Below, piece by piece: positions 27,580 to 35,904 of a stretch of 50,918 bases of DNA. The DNA is taken from contig JAQVJW010000003.1 in NCBI GenBank assembly GCA_028694925.1, forward strand, positions 1-50,918, read 5' to 3'. This stretch comes from Patescibacteria group bacterium. Its GTDB lineage: Bacteria > Patescibacteriota > CPR2 > UBA1875. The notes beneath the pieces were generated by a model that had not been told where the DNA came from, made no database searches, and saw only the letters and a list, made by a program, of their open reading frames with translations. The position numbers and the translations under genes are program-made. How positions within the stretch are numbered: the first letter of the stretch is position 1; every line of letters starts with the position of its first letter.

Positions 27580-27774
27580 ATGAGGAAAGCGTATCAGCTC
27601 CTTCTCTACGCGTCGTATCAGAGCGCCATATTCCTGGCCGTACTCTTCATAAGCCCAAAAGCTGCAAGACGGTTTTTGGGGATTTGGATCGCAACATTCG
27701 TTGGGTATCTTGCTTGTGACATGGGGCCCAAAGACCAGGAAGAGGGTGACCGAGATGCCAGAATGGGCAGTTGA
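27580..27774 (+). CDS. Orphan 64-aa membrane microprotein
   Basis: ATG 27580, two hydrophobic segments then acidic tail; overlaps next ORF. Confidence 0.5.
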   Translation: MRKAYQLLLYASYQSAIFLAVLFISPKAARRFLGIWIATFVGYLACDMGPKDQEEGDRDARMGS

Positions 27775-27928
27775 ATTCCTAACAAGCGAGTACGGGATCC
27801 CAGTTACCCTTGTGGTAACTGCTTTCGTGCTCGTTGGGGTATCGAGGGTGGCCATCCTGTTCATCAGGCCATTCTTCGGGCCTGCACCGAGGACGGGGAA
27901 CATGCCAGAGAACAAATCGAGAAAGTAA
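27755..27928 (+). CDS. Orphan 57-aa single-TM microprotein (MPEWAVEF...)
   Basis: SD GAGGGT then ATG 27755; TM IPVTLVVTAFVLVGVSRVAILFI. Confidence 0.6.
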   Translation: MPEWAVEFLTSEYGIPVTLVVTAFVLVGVSRVAILFIRPFFGPAPRTGNMPENKSRK

Positions 27929-27942
27929 CGGAGGGCGAACCC

Positions 27943-27984
27943 ATGAAGTATGTCAGCGTCGAACGAGAGGGGGTGTCGGCATGA
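27943..27984 (+). CDS. 13-aa peptide MKYVSVEREGVSA
   Basis: SD GGAGG then ATG; stop overlaps the next start (ATGA). Confidence 0.45.
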   Translation: MKYVSVEREGVSA

Positions 27985-28151
27985 CGGCATCTATCGTATC
28001 TTCACTAATCGCAGTAACAGGAGGCGACGGGCTCGGTATTGTGTTCATCTTCTTCGGGTTGCTCCTCACCACATCGTCAGTGGTGCTTGGGGTCTGGGCG
28101 CTTGTGGAACGTTGGTATGACAGGCCCCTAATAGACCCTGGCCCGCAGTAG
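27981..28151 (+). CDS. Orphan 56-aa single-TM microprotein
   Basis: ATGA coupling, SD GAGGGGGTG, TM LGIVFIFFGLLLTTSSVVLGVWALV. Confidence 0.6.
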   Translation: MTASIVSSLIAVTGGDGLGIVFIFFGLLLTTSSVVLGVWALVERWYDRPLIDPGPQ

Positions 28152-28164
28152 AAGGGGGTTTGAA

Positions 28165-28566
28165 GTGACAACGGAGGCGAGGCGCTACCTTGCTGTTCCA
28201 GTACGCATTCTCACGGTGCTGCTTGCTCTTGTGGCGAGTATCGTGGGTTTGCTGAACGGTCTTGGGCGGCTCCTCATAATCTTGGGGTGCTTCTTCTTCG
28301 AAGTCTGGCCGTACTGGATTAGGCAGTCGCTCGAGTATCGTCGAGCGCAACGTCAGGTGAGGCTTGAAGCGAAGCTTGCGACGCTATGTGAGAGCTGTAC
28401 CACGAGGGTAGACAACGACTACATCGGTAGTACACTGACGATCGAGTGCACTTGTCGCAAGTTACAAGCTCTCAAGGCCAGAATTGATCGGATCGATCAC
28501 AACCTGACACTATCTCCGGCATTGCCGGACGAAATGGCTCAGGCTGCGAGCCCAGGCGGGTTCTGA
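28165..28566 (+). CDS. Orphan 133-aa protein: N-terminal TM hairpin plus CxxC...CxC putative metal site
   Basis: GTG after AGGGG; CESC and CTC motifs. Confidence 0.6.
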   Translation: MTTEARRYLAVPVRILTVLLALVASIVGLLNGLGRLLIILGCFFFEVWPYWIRQSLEYRRAQRQVRLEAKLATLCESCTTRVDNDYIGSTLTIECTCRKLQALKARIDRIDHNLTLSPALPDEMAQAASPGGF

Positions 28567-28580
28567 GGGAGGAAGGAGCC

Positions 28581-28757
28581 ATGTATCAATCAGCTCATTC
28601 GACGAAGCCATCCCAGGCAGCCCACTTCGTTGCGTGCATCATCTGCATCGCAGAGGCGCTCAGGGAAGTGGTAGCCCGAGGCATCGACTGGGCGATTCCG
28701 AAGGAGGAAATGCCCGAGGAGCCGGAGGCGTTCGAGCCGAACCCACTCGCTTTGTAG
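28581..28757 (+). CDS. Orphan 58-aa protein (MYQSAHS...CIIC...acidic tail), not in ORF track
   Basis: very strong SD GGAGGAAGGAG then ATG 28581, TAG 28755-28757. Confidence 0.6.
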   Translation: MYQSAHSTKPSQAAHFVACIICIAEALREVVARGIDWAIPKEEMPEEPEAFEPNPLAL

Positions 28758-28817
28758 AGGTCCTCTGAACTTGCTTACCGAAAGGAGGCACACGGGAACA
28801 TGGAGGTTCTCAAGTGT

Positions 28818-28863
28818 CCTTGACGGGCCCGGATCGCAGTTGCGTGACGGGCCCGAAGGCTTT
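28818..28863 (+). terminator. GC hairpin built from two direct copies of TGACGGGCCCG (self-complementary core)
   Basis: copies at 28821-28831 and 28845-28855, flanked by cctt/aagg, followed by cttt. Confidence 0.45.
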
Positions 28864-28875
28864 ATGACAAAAGTC

Positions 28876-28904
28876 TTGCAAACTAGGGAAAAGTTAGGTA
28901 GAAT
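28876..28904 (+). promoter_or_regulatory. tuf promoter; DnaA box downstream at 28943-28951
   Basis: TTGCAA, 17 nt, TAGAAT. Confidence 0.75.
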
Positions 28905-29014
28905 ACGTGATGTAACTCAATAACATGAGTAAACCCACAATTTGTGGATAAGTTTTATTGTCTAAATGCGGAATTATACTAATAAGTCAAAAAAACCGAA
29001 AGGGAGGTAACTAA

Positions 29015-30193
29015 ATGACACAATTTGATCGTTCAAAGCCGCACGTAAATGTTGGTACTATTGGTCACGTTGACCATGGTAAGACAACTCTTACGGCCGC
29101 CATTACAAAAGTCCTATCAAAAGATGGTAAAGCCGAATTTACTGCTTTTGAAAACATCGACAAAGCTCCAGAAGAGAGAGAGCGTGGTATTACTATTGCT
29201 ACCGCTCATGTTGAATACGAGTCTGACAAGCGTCACTATGCACACGTAGACTGTCCAGGGCACGCTGACTATGTTAAAAACATGATTACTGGTGCTGCTC
29301 AGATGGATGGGGCAATTCTCGTTGTAGCTGCTACTGATGGTCCAATGCCTCAAACAAGAGAGCACTTACTGCTTGCAAAGCAGGTAAACGTACCAGCTGT
29401 TGTTGTCTTTATGAACAAAGTTGATATGGTCCAAGATGAAGAGATGCTTGACCTTGTAGAGATGGAGATCAGAGAGCTTCTTACAAAGTACGAATTTGAT
29501 GGTGATAATGCAAAGATTATCCGTGGTTCTGCTCTTAAGGCTCTTGAAGGTGATGCTAAATATGAAGAAGGTATTAAAGAGCTCATAACCGCTCTTGATG
29601 AAGCTATTCCAGAGCCAAAGCGTGATATCGACAAGCCTTTCAAGATGCCCGTCGAAGACGTTTTCTCGATTAAGGGCCGGGGTACAGTTGCTACTGGTAG
29701 AATCGAGCAAGGTGTTGTTAAGGTTAACGAAGAGATTGAGATCGTTGGTATTAAAGACACCAGAAAGACTGTTGTGACTGGAGTCGAAATGTTCAAGAAG
29801 ACTCTTGATCAGGGTCAAGCTGGTGATAATGCTGGTATCCTTCTTCGTGGTATTGAGAAAGATGACATTGAACGTGGTATGGTTCTTGCTAAGCCTGGTT
29901 CAATTACACCTCATACTGAGTTTGAAGCTAAGATCTATGTTCTAACTAAAGAAGAAGGTGGACGACATACTCCATTCTTTAAGGGTTACAAGCCCCAGTT
30001 CTACATCGGTACTACTGATGTAACTGGTGAGGTTATCCTCCCCGAAGGTACCGAGATGGTAATGCCGGGTGATAGCGTAGAAGTAACCGTTAAGCTGATG
30101 CAGCCAATTGCGATGGACGAAGGTACTAGATTCGCGATTCGTGAAGGTGGTAAAACAGTCGGAGCCGGTGCCGTATCAAAGATCAATAAGTAA
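29015..30193 (+). CDS. tuf: Elongation factor Tu
   Basis: [27 protein letters not shown]; SD GGGAGGT. Confidence 0.99.
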   Translation: MTQFDRSKPHVNVGTIGHVDHGKTTLTAAITKVLSKDGKAEFTAFENIDKAPEERERGITIATAHVEYESDKRHYAHVDCPGHADYVKNMITGAAQMDGAILVVAATDGPMPQTREHLLLAKQVNVPAVVVFMNKVDMVQDEEMLDLVEMEIRELLTKYEFDGDNAKIIRGSALKALEGDAKYEEGIKELITALDEAIPEPKRDIDKPFKMPVEDVFSIKGRGTVATGRIEQGVVKVNEEIEIVGIKDTRKTVVTGVEMFKKTLDQGQAGDNAGILLRGIEKDDIERGMVLAKPGSITPHTEFEAKIYVLTKEEGGRHTPFFKGYKPQFYIGTTDVTGEVILPEGTEMVMPGDSVEVTVKLMQPIAMDEGTRFAIREGGKTVGAGAVSKINK

Positions 30194-30227
30194 CGCGATA
30201 CGAAAGAAGAAAGAACCTTAAAAAGAG

Positions 30228-30551
30228 ATGACAGAAAAAAAAGAATCAAAGCAAAGAATCAGAATAAAGCTCAGAGCGTATGACCATAAGGTTATTGATG
30301 AGTCTGTAAAACAGATCATTGATACTGCTCAGCGCTCCGGAGCTAAGGTAGCCGGACCAATTCCACTACCAACTGAACGTTCACCAATCACCGTTCTTAA
30401 GTCTACTAATCAGCACAAGAACGCCCGGGAACAGTTCGAGATTCGGGTTCATAAACGCTTAATTGATATCTTAGAGCCAAACGCAAAGACAGTTGATTCT
30501 CTTATGAACATCTCTTTACCGGCTGGGGTAGATATCGAGATAAAGATGTAG
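30228..30551 (+). CDS. rpsJ: 30S ribosomal protein S10
   Basis: [33 protein letters not shown]. Confidence 0.98.
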   Translation: MTEKKESKQRIRIKLRAYDHKVIDESVKQIIDTAQRSGAKVAGPIPLPTERSPITVLKSTNQHKNAREQFEIRVHKRLIDILEPNAKTVDSLMNISLPAGVDIEIKM

Positions 30552-30589
30552 AAGAAACTTCGACAATGATTCGGAGTAAGATAGCAAAG

Positions 30590-30624
30590 AACCGCTTCAA
30601 ATGAGGCGGTTTTTTGTGTATAAT
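30590..30624 (+). terminator. Terminator after rpsJ overlapping a promoter for the next insert
   Basis: aaccgc...gcggtt-ttttt; TTCAAA (30596-30601), 17 nt, TATAAT (30619-30624). Confidence 0.7.
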
Positions 30625-30666
30625 GCGTTCAACGTGAAAACGGTAGGAAGCTAGGGAGGTGACTCG

Positions 30667-30966
30667 ATGGGTCGCTCAATGGTAGAAGCCTGCATTTGTT
30701 TTCCTGGAACAACTCTGTATCAGCGTGATCCAGGACTCCGTGGCCTCTACACAAAGATACTTGAGCTTGTCTCTAGCCAGTTCGAAATCGACCCCAAGAA
30801 GGTAGAGTTTCGGAAGTGGGGAAGAGGGATCAAGGTTCGTTTCTGGGTAAAGGGTGACTGCATCGAGGTTGCCTTTTCTGCTAGGGTGATCAACCCAGAA
30901 ACCGGCGTCATTCGCTTTCGAGGAATGAAGTATGTCCTCGATGAAGAAGGGAGCGGGACGTTATGA
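30667..30966 (+). CDS. Orphan 99-aa soluble protein
   Basis: SD GGGAGGTGA then ATG. Confidence 0.7.
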   Translation: MGRSMVEACICFPGTTLYQRDPGLRGLYTKILELVSSQFEIDPKKVEFRKWGRGIKVRFWVKGDCIEVAFSARVINPETGVIRFRGMKYVLDEEGSGTL

Positions 30967-31088
30967 CTATCTGGGCGGCTATATCGCTTCTCCTCCTTGC
31001 GATTTTCGTTTTGGGGAAAACCAAGGTCCGGAGAGACACCTGGTACGATCGAGAAGAGAGGCGCAGGTTGAACGAGTATTTCCTGTGA
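30963..31088 (+). CDS. Orphan 41-aa single-TM microprotein MTIWAAISLLLLAIFVLGKTKVRRDTWYDREERRRLNEYFL, not in ORF track
   Basis: ATGA overlap with upstream stop; TM followed by basic positive-inside tail. Confidence 0.6.
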   Translation: MTIWAAISLLLLAIFVLGKTKVRRDTWYDREERRRLNEYFL

Positions 31089-31131
31089 CACTATTCTCTC
31101 TCGACATCCGATCAAGGGGTCAGTACTCATA

Positions 31132-31178
31132 GGGCGACACTAATCTGTAAGGATGAAGTGTCGCCCGTTCGCTTTCTA
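31132..31178 (+). terminator. Terminator-like hairpin
   Basis: gggcgacact (31132-31141) / agtgtcgccc (31157-31166), then gttcgctttct. Confidence 0.55.
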
Positions 31179-31295
31179 GACAAAAAGAGGCCCAAGACAT
31201 CTCTTGGGACACTCTTATTGGGTAACAATCCTACCGAACTATAAATAATATAGTCTATTTGTTACTATAATTCATTGTTAAAATGACAAAATTGT

Positions 31296-31324
31296 TTGAC
31301 TTAGTAATTGTAAAGTGTGATAAT
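31296..31324 (+). promoter_or_regulatory. Promoter for surface-protein trio
   Basis: TTGACT, 17 nt, GATAAT. Confidence 0.55.
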
Positions 31325-31355
31325 AGGGTCGCAAATATATAAGGGGGAGTGAACT

Positions 31356-32222
31356 ATGAATGTATTAAACAAAAAGCAGACGATTATTGCTTTTGTCATC
31401 CTCGGTCTTTTTACTATTCTTGTTGGTGTTGTTATGTGGTATTTTATCGATTCCAGCTTTAATACCGAAACTACAGAATCAACGGTAGGGGAAACTATTA
31501 CAGAGGATGTGCAATCTGATGAAGTCGAAATACCATCAGATTTTTCTAAGATTACTCTTAATGAGGTTGAAATCTTTTATCCAGAAGACTGGGGGACCCC
31601 TAAAACAGCGGAAACAAAAGAAAATTTATCGGATGACCTGGGCCCGGGCCGAACCTTTGAAGGCGAATACGCCGATTGGGATTTCCTTAATGGAACCGGA
31701 ACATATGTTCAAGTAAACGAGATGGCGAGCTTAAAAAACAAGCTCTCAGAAACACAAAAGGTAATTACAGCTCTCGAGAATACCTACGAAAACAAGAAAC
31801 TCGACGAAGAAGATTTGGCAGGTACTAACTTCGGATACATTCCAAGTCCTAATGCGGGGGTCGTTGCATACACAGCACGTTATGTTGAGAATTATAATAG
31901 TACCTGGCGAGGTTACTGGTATTTGGGGACGATTGGTCAGGACATTAATGCCAGCGTTCATTTTGTGAGTGTGATGTATAACAAAGACCTGGGTAAGGTG
32001 ATGACAGTTGATCAACTCATACCATCAACAATGTCGCGAGCCCTAACAGACAGAATAGCCTCGGTATATAGTGGTACGGGTACCGAGATAGAGCAGAACA
32101 AGTTACAAAATGATCTAACAACTTATATAGAAGGGGTTTACAAGGTTGATGCGGAGATAAAAGAAACTGTGGACAGCGAATTGCTAAATGTATGTAATTT
32201 GGTAGGCTATAAGGAGAACTAA
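31356..32222 (+). CDS. N-terminally anchored acidic extracytoplasmic protein
   Basis: basic N-terminus, TM ending WYF, acidic linker, IFYPEDW motif. Confidence 0.8.
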   Translation: MNVLNKKQTIIAFVILGLFTILVGVVMWYFIDSSFNTETTESTVGETITEDVQSDEVEIPSDFSKITLNEVEIFYPEDWGTPKTAETKENLSDDLGPGRTFEGEYADWDFLNGTGTYVQVNEMASLKNKLSETQKVITALENTYENKKLDEEDLAGTNFGYIPSPNAGVVAYTARYVENYNSTWRGYWYLGTIGQDINASVHFVSVMYNKDLGKVMTVDQLIPSTMSRALTDRIASVYSGTGTEIEQNKLQNDLTTYIEGVYKVDAEIKETVDSELLNVCNLVGYKEN

Positions 32223-32893
32223 TGGAAAAAGAAAAATTTAACTGGAAAAGGCTCGGTATCACAGTTGTTATTGTATTACTTGCAGTTGGAGCTACTGGTG
32301 GTACTACCTGGTACTTTATGGATAAATATGCTCAAGAGCAACAGAATGAACTTGAGGCACAGATTGAGGAACTTAGGAGTCAGGTTAATGAAGAAGAGGC
32401 AGGGGAGGAGGAAACAACAGAAGAAATCGGAGTTGATGAGACAGCAGACTGGAAGACATATACAAATAGTGAATATGGGTTTAGCTTTATGTATCCAACT
32501 GGTTGGGTAGTAGAAGACAATCTACAGGATAAGGGCGAAATTCCAAAATCAAGTGAATCCTTGGTTATAAAATTTAATAATAGTGTCGACACTCTAATAT
32601 CTCTGATGATTAACCCAGACGGCCTTGGGCCTATTTTTGCCGATCTAACATATGATTTTAAAATCATTAATAAGGAATTAGAACTAGCTGATCGAGATAT
32701 CGTTGAATATGAAGAGGGGGGTGGTCTAGTAGATCCGGCTAACGATGGAAGGACAATCATCTCTCCTGATAATTCAACTTCTAAGTTAGAGTATAGCGGC
32801 GATAATTATTTTTTCACTGCTATAATGGCTGACTCCCAAACAAATAAAGAAGAACTAATTGTTCAAATATTAGAAACATTTAAGTTTAACTAA
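32222..32893 (+). CDS. N-terminally anchored extracytoplasmic protein with PsbP-like domain
   Basis: TM ending WYF, coiled-coil/acidic linker, WKTYTNSEYGFSFMYPTGW and terminal QILETFKF typical of PsbP-related domains. Confidence 0.8.
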   Translation: MEKEKFNWKRLGITVVIVLLAVGATGGTTWYFMDKYAQEQQNELEAQIEELRSQVNEEEAGEEETTEEIGVDETADWKTYTNSEYGFSFMYPTGWVVEDNLQDKGEIPKSSESLVIKFNNSVDTLISLMINPDGLGPIFADLTYDFKIINKELELADRDIVEYEEGGGLVDPANDGRTIISPDNSTSKLEYSGDNYFFTAIMADSQTNKEELIVQILETFKFN

Positions 32894-32902
32894 GGAGGGT
32901 TT

Positions 32903-33481
32903 ATGGAAACATTAAAATCAAAAGAAGTGGATTGGAAAAAGATTGCGGTTGTAGCAGCACTAGTAGCTCTAACGGCGCTTGTAGTCGGTGTCCTTATCTG
33001 GTACTACAAAGGTCAAGAAGTCCTGACTCAAGCCGAATATTATGAGAAGGAACTATATAACAAAAACATTGAGTTATTAAAAAGTGGAAGTCAAACAGGA
33101 GAAGGCTGTGATACAGCCACAACACTTGAAGAGTGTGAAACCGTTATAGCCTACGAGCGAGCCGGACTTTTTGAAGGTAATGAGAAGACAGATATTGAAA
33201 CAAAGATAGTAGAACCATATATCTATTATGCCAATAATGTCGAGAGCTCAAGTAGGGTGGTGGCGGTAGTAGTCGATAAGTATCCAGCCGATGAGAGACC
33301 ATCAAATTACTGGTTCTCGATAACCGCCGTCCATCAGAATGGTGGGACGACCGGTTGGCTTGTCGGAGAAAACGGTACAATAAGCTACTGGGCTCCGGAA
33401 TGTATGGATACCTGTACTTTAACTCAAGCCTTTGTTGATAAATATCCGAATAACTTACCGACTGATTACGAGGTAAAATAG
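32903..33481 (+). CDS. N-terminally anchored extracytoplasmic protein with two Cys pairs
   Basis: TM ending WYY; C...C and CMDTC; SD AAGGAGG. Confidence 0.8.
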   Translation: METLKSKEVDWKKIAVVAALVALTALVVGVLIWYYKGQEVLTQAEYYEKELYNKNIELLKSGSQTGEGCDTATTLEECETVIAYERAGLFEGNEKTDIETKIVEPYIYYANNVESSSRVVAVVVDKYPADERPSNYWFSITAVHQNGGTTGWLVGENGTISYWAPECMDTCTLTQAFVDKYPNNLPTDYEVK

Positions 33482-33493
33482 CCAGGAGCTATA

Positions 33494-34270
33494 ATCTATA
33501 TCGCTAAAGCAAGTCTACACATGCATTCAATCGCTAGCGACGGCATCAATACGGCGCTGGCGATTGTTACTTATGCAAAATTATCAAAGATAGATATTAT
33601 CTCTATTACGGACCACAATGAGATAACAGCTACATTAAGAGGGGAGAAGATTGCCGAAAGGCTTGGAATTATCTATTTTCCTGGTATTGAACTCATGTTT
33701 CGGGTGGGTGGTAAAGTGTATGAACTTTTAGGGTATTTCTATACCGGAGAAGAACTTAAGGCCTTCTATAAATCATACCGTTTTACTAACGGATTCATGC
33801 CCCATTTTAAGAGTGTTCAAGAAGTGGTCAAAATGATCAGGGGTCACGGTGGGGCAGTTGTTTCACCTCACCCATTTGGTCGTAAGGGGATATACCGTAA
33901 ATTACGAAATGCTGAGGTGATGGTTGATGGCATCGAGGTAATAAATGGTTTTACGGGTGAAAAACGAAATGGGAAAGCAGCGATTCTAAAGACCAGAAAT
34001 GAAGACGCTCGAAAGCTAGGAGCTTCTGATATGCATTTTTTCCTCTCGGATATGAAAAAAGTATATACCAGACTTGAGAGTAAAAAGGAGATTACAAAAG
34101 AGCTTTTTTGGGATGCCCTCAAGGGAAGGAATAACGACATATTCTTTAAACCGGTTGGGAAATCATTCGTAAAAAGAAAAATTTTCTTTCAAAAGCCATT
34201 ATGCGTAGCGGTATATACTATTAATTGGCCTTGGCTATATGCAAAATATAGGTATCGTAAAAACCGTTGA
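33494..34270 (+). CDS. PHP-domain metal-dependent phosphoesterase; start probably a non-AUG codon upstream of the first ATG (33521)
   Basis: LHMHSIASDG, ISITDHN, GIE, SPHPF, IEVING, GASDMH; first His of HxH lies at 33518-33520. Confidence 0.8.
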   Translation: MYIAKASLHMHSIASDGINTALAIVTYAKLSKIDIISITDHNEITATLRGEKIAERLGIIYFPGIELMFRVGGKVYELLGYFYTGEELKAFYKSYRFTNGFMPHFKSVQEVVKMIRGHGGAVVSPHPFGRKGIYRKLRNAEVMVDGIEVINGFTGEKRNGKAAILKTRNEDARKLGASDMHFFLSDMKKVYTRLESKKEITKELFWDALKGRNNDIFFKPVGKSFVKRKIFFQKPLCVAVYTINWPWLYAKYRYRKNR

Positions 34271-34295
34271 CTTTCCCCATATATTTAGATATAAT
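34267..34295 (+). promoter_or_regulatory. Promoter of the rplC-led ribosomal protein operon
   Basis: TTGACT, 17 nt, TATAAT. Confidence 0.85.
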
Positions 34296-34335
34296 TTTTG
34301 GGCAACTAAATAGCTTAACCCATTTTTTCGAGAGT

Positions 34336-34370
34336 GAGGGAGGTCCGCCAGCGCGGAAACCACCGGCCTC
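34336..34370 (+). promoter_or_regulatory. Structured element in rplC 5' leader (candidate r-protein autoregulatory site)
   Basis: gagg..gg-tccgc-cagc-gcgga-aa-cc..cctc nested GC hairpin in an otherwise AT-rich leader. Confidence 0.4.
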
Positions 34371-34408
34371 GGAATTTAAATTGCTATAAAGTCGCAAAAG
34401 GAGAAAGA

Positions 34409-35047
34409 TTGAGAGCCATACTTGCCGAAAAAAAGGAGATGACACACATCTTTGACGAGAAGGGTCACTATACCCCAGTGACTATCCTTTTAGCGACTCC
34501 AAATACCGTCACTCAAGTAAAGAGTAAAGATAAAGATGGATATGCCGCTATTCAGGTTGGTTACGGCGAGAAAAGAAAGCACAAAAAGCCAGTAGCCGGG
34601 CACCTTTCAAAAGCTAAAGCAAGCTCAAAGAAGCTTCTTGAGGTTGCTTTAGGAGATGAACAGGAGTACAAGCTAGGCGATAAGATCAGCCTTGATATCT
34701 TTGCCGAGGGTGAAACAGTCACCGTTCAGGGCGTCTCTAAGGGTAAAGGTTTTGCCGGCACTATAAAAAGACACAACTTTCACCGGGGACCAATGACTCA
34801 TGGCTCAAGAAATCACCGTGCTCCAGGCTCAATCGGGGCCGGTTATCCACAACATGTCATGAAGGGTCAAAAGCTTCCTGGTCGGATGGGAGCCGAGAAG
34901 GTAACTGTTAAGAATCTAAAGATTGCCAGAATTATCCCAGAAGAGAATCTACTCCTTGTAAAGGGAGCCGTTCCGGGACCTAAGAAAGGTATCGTCCTCG
35001 TGTATTCGAAGCTTGAAAAGAAAGCAGAAAAGGAAGAGGCAAAATAG
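34409..35047 (+). CDS. rplC: 50S ribosomal protein L3
   Basis: TTG start 34409 behind AGGAG (MRAILAEKKEMTHIF), SKGKGFAG, HGSRNHRAPGSIG, LPGRMG. Confidence 0.98.
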   Translation: MRAILAEKKEMTHIFDEKGHYTPVTILLATPNTVTQVKSKDKDGYAAIQVGYGEKRKHKKPVAGHLSKAKASSKKLLEVALGDEQEYKLGDKISLDIFAEGETVTVQGVSKGKGFAGTIKRHNFHRGPMTHGSRNHRAPGSIGAGYPQHVMKGQKLPGRMGAEKVTVKNLKIARIIPEENLLLVKGAVPGPKKGIVLVYSKLEKKAEKEEAK

Positions 35048-35629
35048 ATGGCAGAGACTAAGGTAAAAAAGAATACCAAAGAAAAAGTATCTAAGGATAC
35101 CGATATTTTGGTCTCAAAAGCCGTTCGAACTGTACTGGCTGGCAAGCGTCAAACACCTGCAAAGGTAAAGACGAGAGCCGAAGTAAGTGGAGGTGGTAAG
35201 AAACCTTGGCGTCAAAAAGGTACCGGAAGAGCTAGAGCTGGTTCTAATCGTTCCCCGATTTGGAGAGGTGGTGGTGTTACCTTTGGACCAACCGGAAACG
35301 AGAATCACAAGCTTGGGATTAATAAGAAAGAGATGAAGGCCGCCCGTGAAGCTGCTTTTAATGATATGAAAAAGAATACTATCTCAGTTAACTCTCCTGG
35401 GGTCAAAAAGACCCAAGAGGCTGTAAAAATTTTAAAAGATAATAAGGTAGAGGGAAAAACTTTAGTAGTAATAGCAGCAAAAGGTGATAAGGCCAAAGAG
35501 GCCTACAAGGCATTTAGGAATATTCGGGATATTAAGGTCGCGCAAGCCGGTAATGAGAATATTCATGATATCCTCTCTGTCCGAAAGATTCTTGAAGTTA
35601 AGATCACAAGTCAGAAAGGGGCGAAATAA
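35048..35629 (+). CDS. rplD: 50S ribosomal protein L4
   Basis: [36 protein letters not shown]. Confidence 0.98.
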   Translation: MAETKVKKNTKEKVSKDTDILVSKAVRTVLAGKRQTPAKVKTRAEVSGGGKKPWRQKGTGRARAGSNRSPIWRGGGVTFGPTGNENHKLGINKKEMKAAREAAFNDMKKNTISVNSPGVKKTQEAVKILKDNKVEGKTLVVIAAKGDKAKEAYKAFRNIRDIKVAQAGNENIHDILSVRKILEVKITSQKGAK

Positions 35630-35904
35630 TGAATAAACAAGTTATCACTCGTCCTGTTATCTCCGAAAAGTCTTTTGCGGCTGAGGAGAAGGGCAAATAT
35701 ATTTTTAGAATCTCACCTGACGCTAACAAGAACCTTGTCAAAAAGAATGTGGAGGCGATGTTTAAAGTTAAGGTAGATAAGGTAAATATCGTTAGTATCC
35801 CTGGTAAGAAGAAGCGAGTTGGTCGGATTTATGGCAAGAGGAATGATATTAAAAAGGCAATCGTGACCCTTAAAAAGGGTGAGAAGATTAAGGAGTTCAA
35901 GTAA
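35629..35904 (+). CDS. rplW: 50S ribosomal protein L23
   Basis: PVISEKS, FKVKVDKVN, KKAIVTL. Confidence 0.97.
   Translation: MNKQVITRPVISEKSFAAEEKGKYIFRISPDANKNLVKKNVEAMFKVKVDKVNIVSIPGKKKRVGRIYGKRNDIKKAIVTLKKGEKIKEFK

Noticed and set aside
27430-28350. Minus-strand ORFs 27430..27990, 27953..28171 and 28066..28350
   Set aside because: Antisense to a coherent SD-led plus-strand operon; no minus-strand promoter or SD.
30932-31132. Track ORF 30932..31132 (66 aa)
   Set aside because: Overlaps the 99-aa gene without an SD; the alternative frame 30963-31088 has ATGA coupling and a clear TM.
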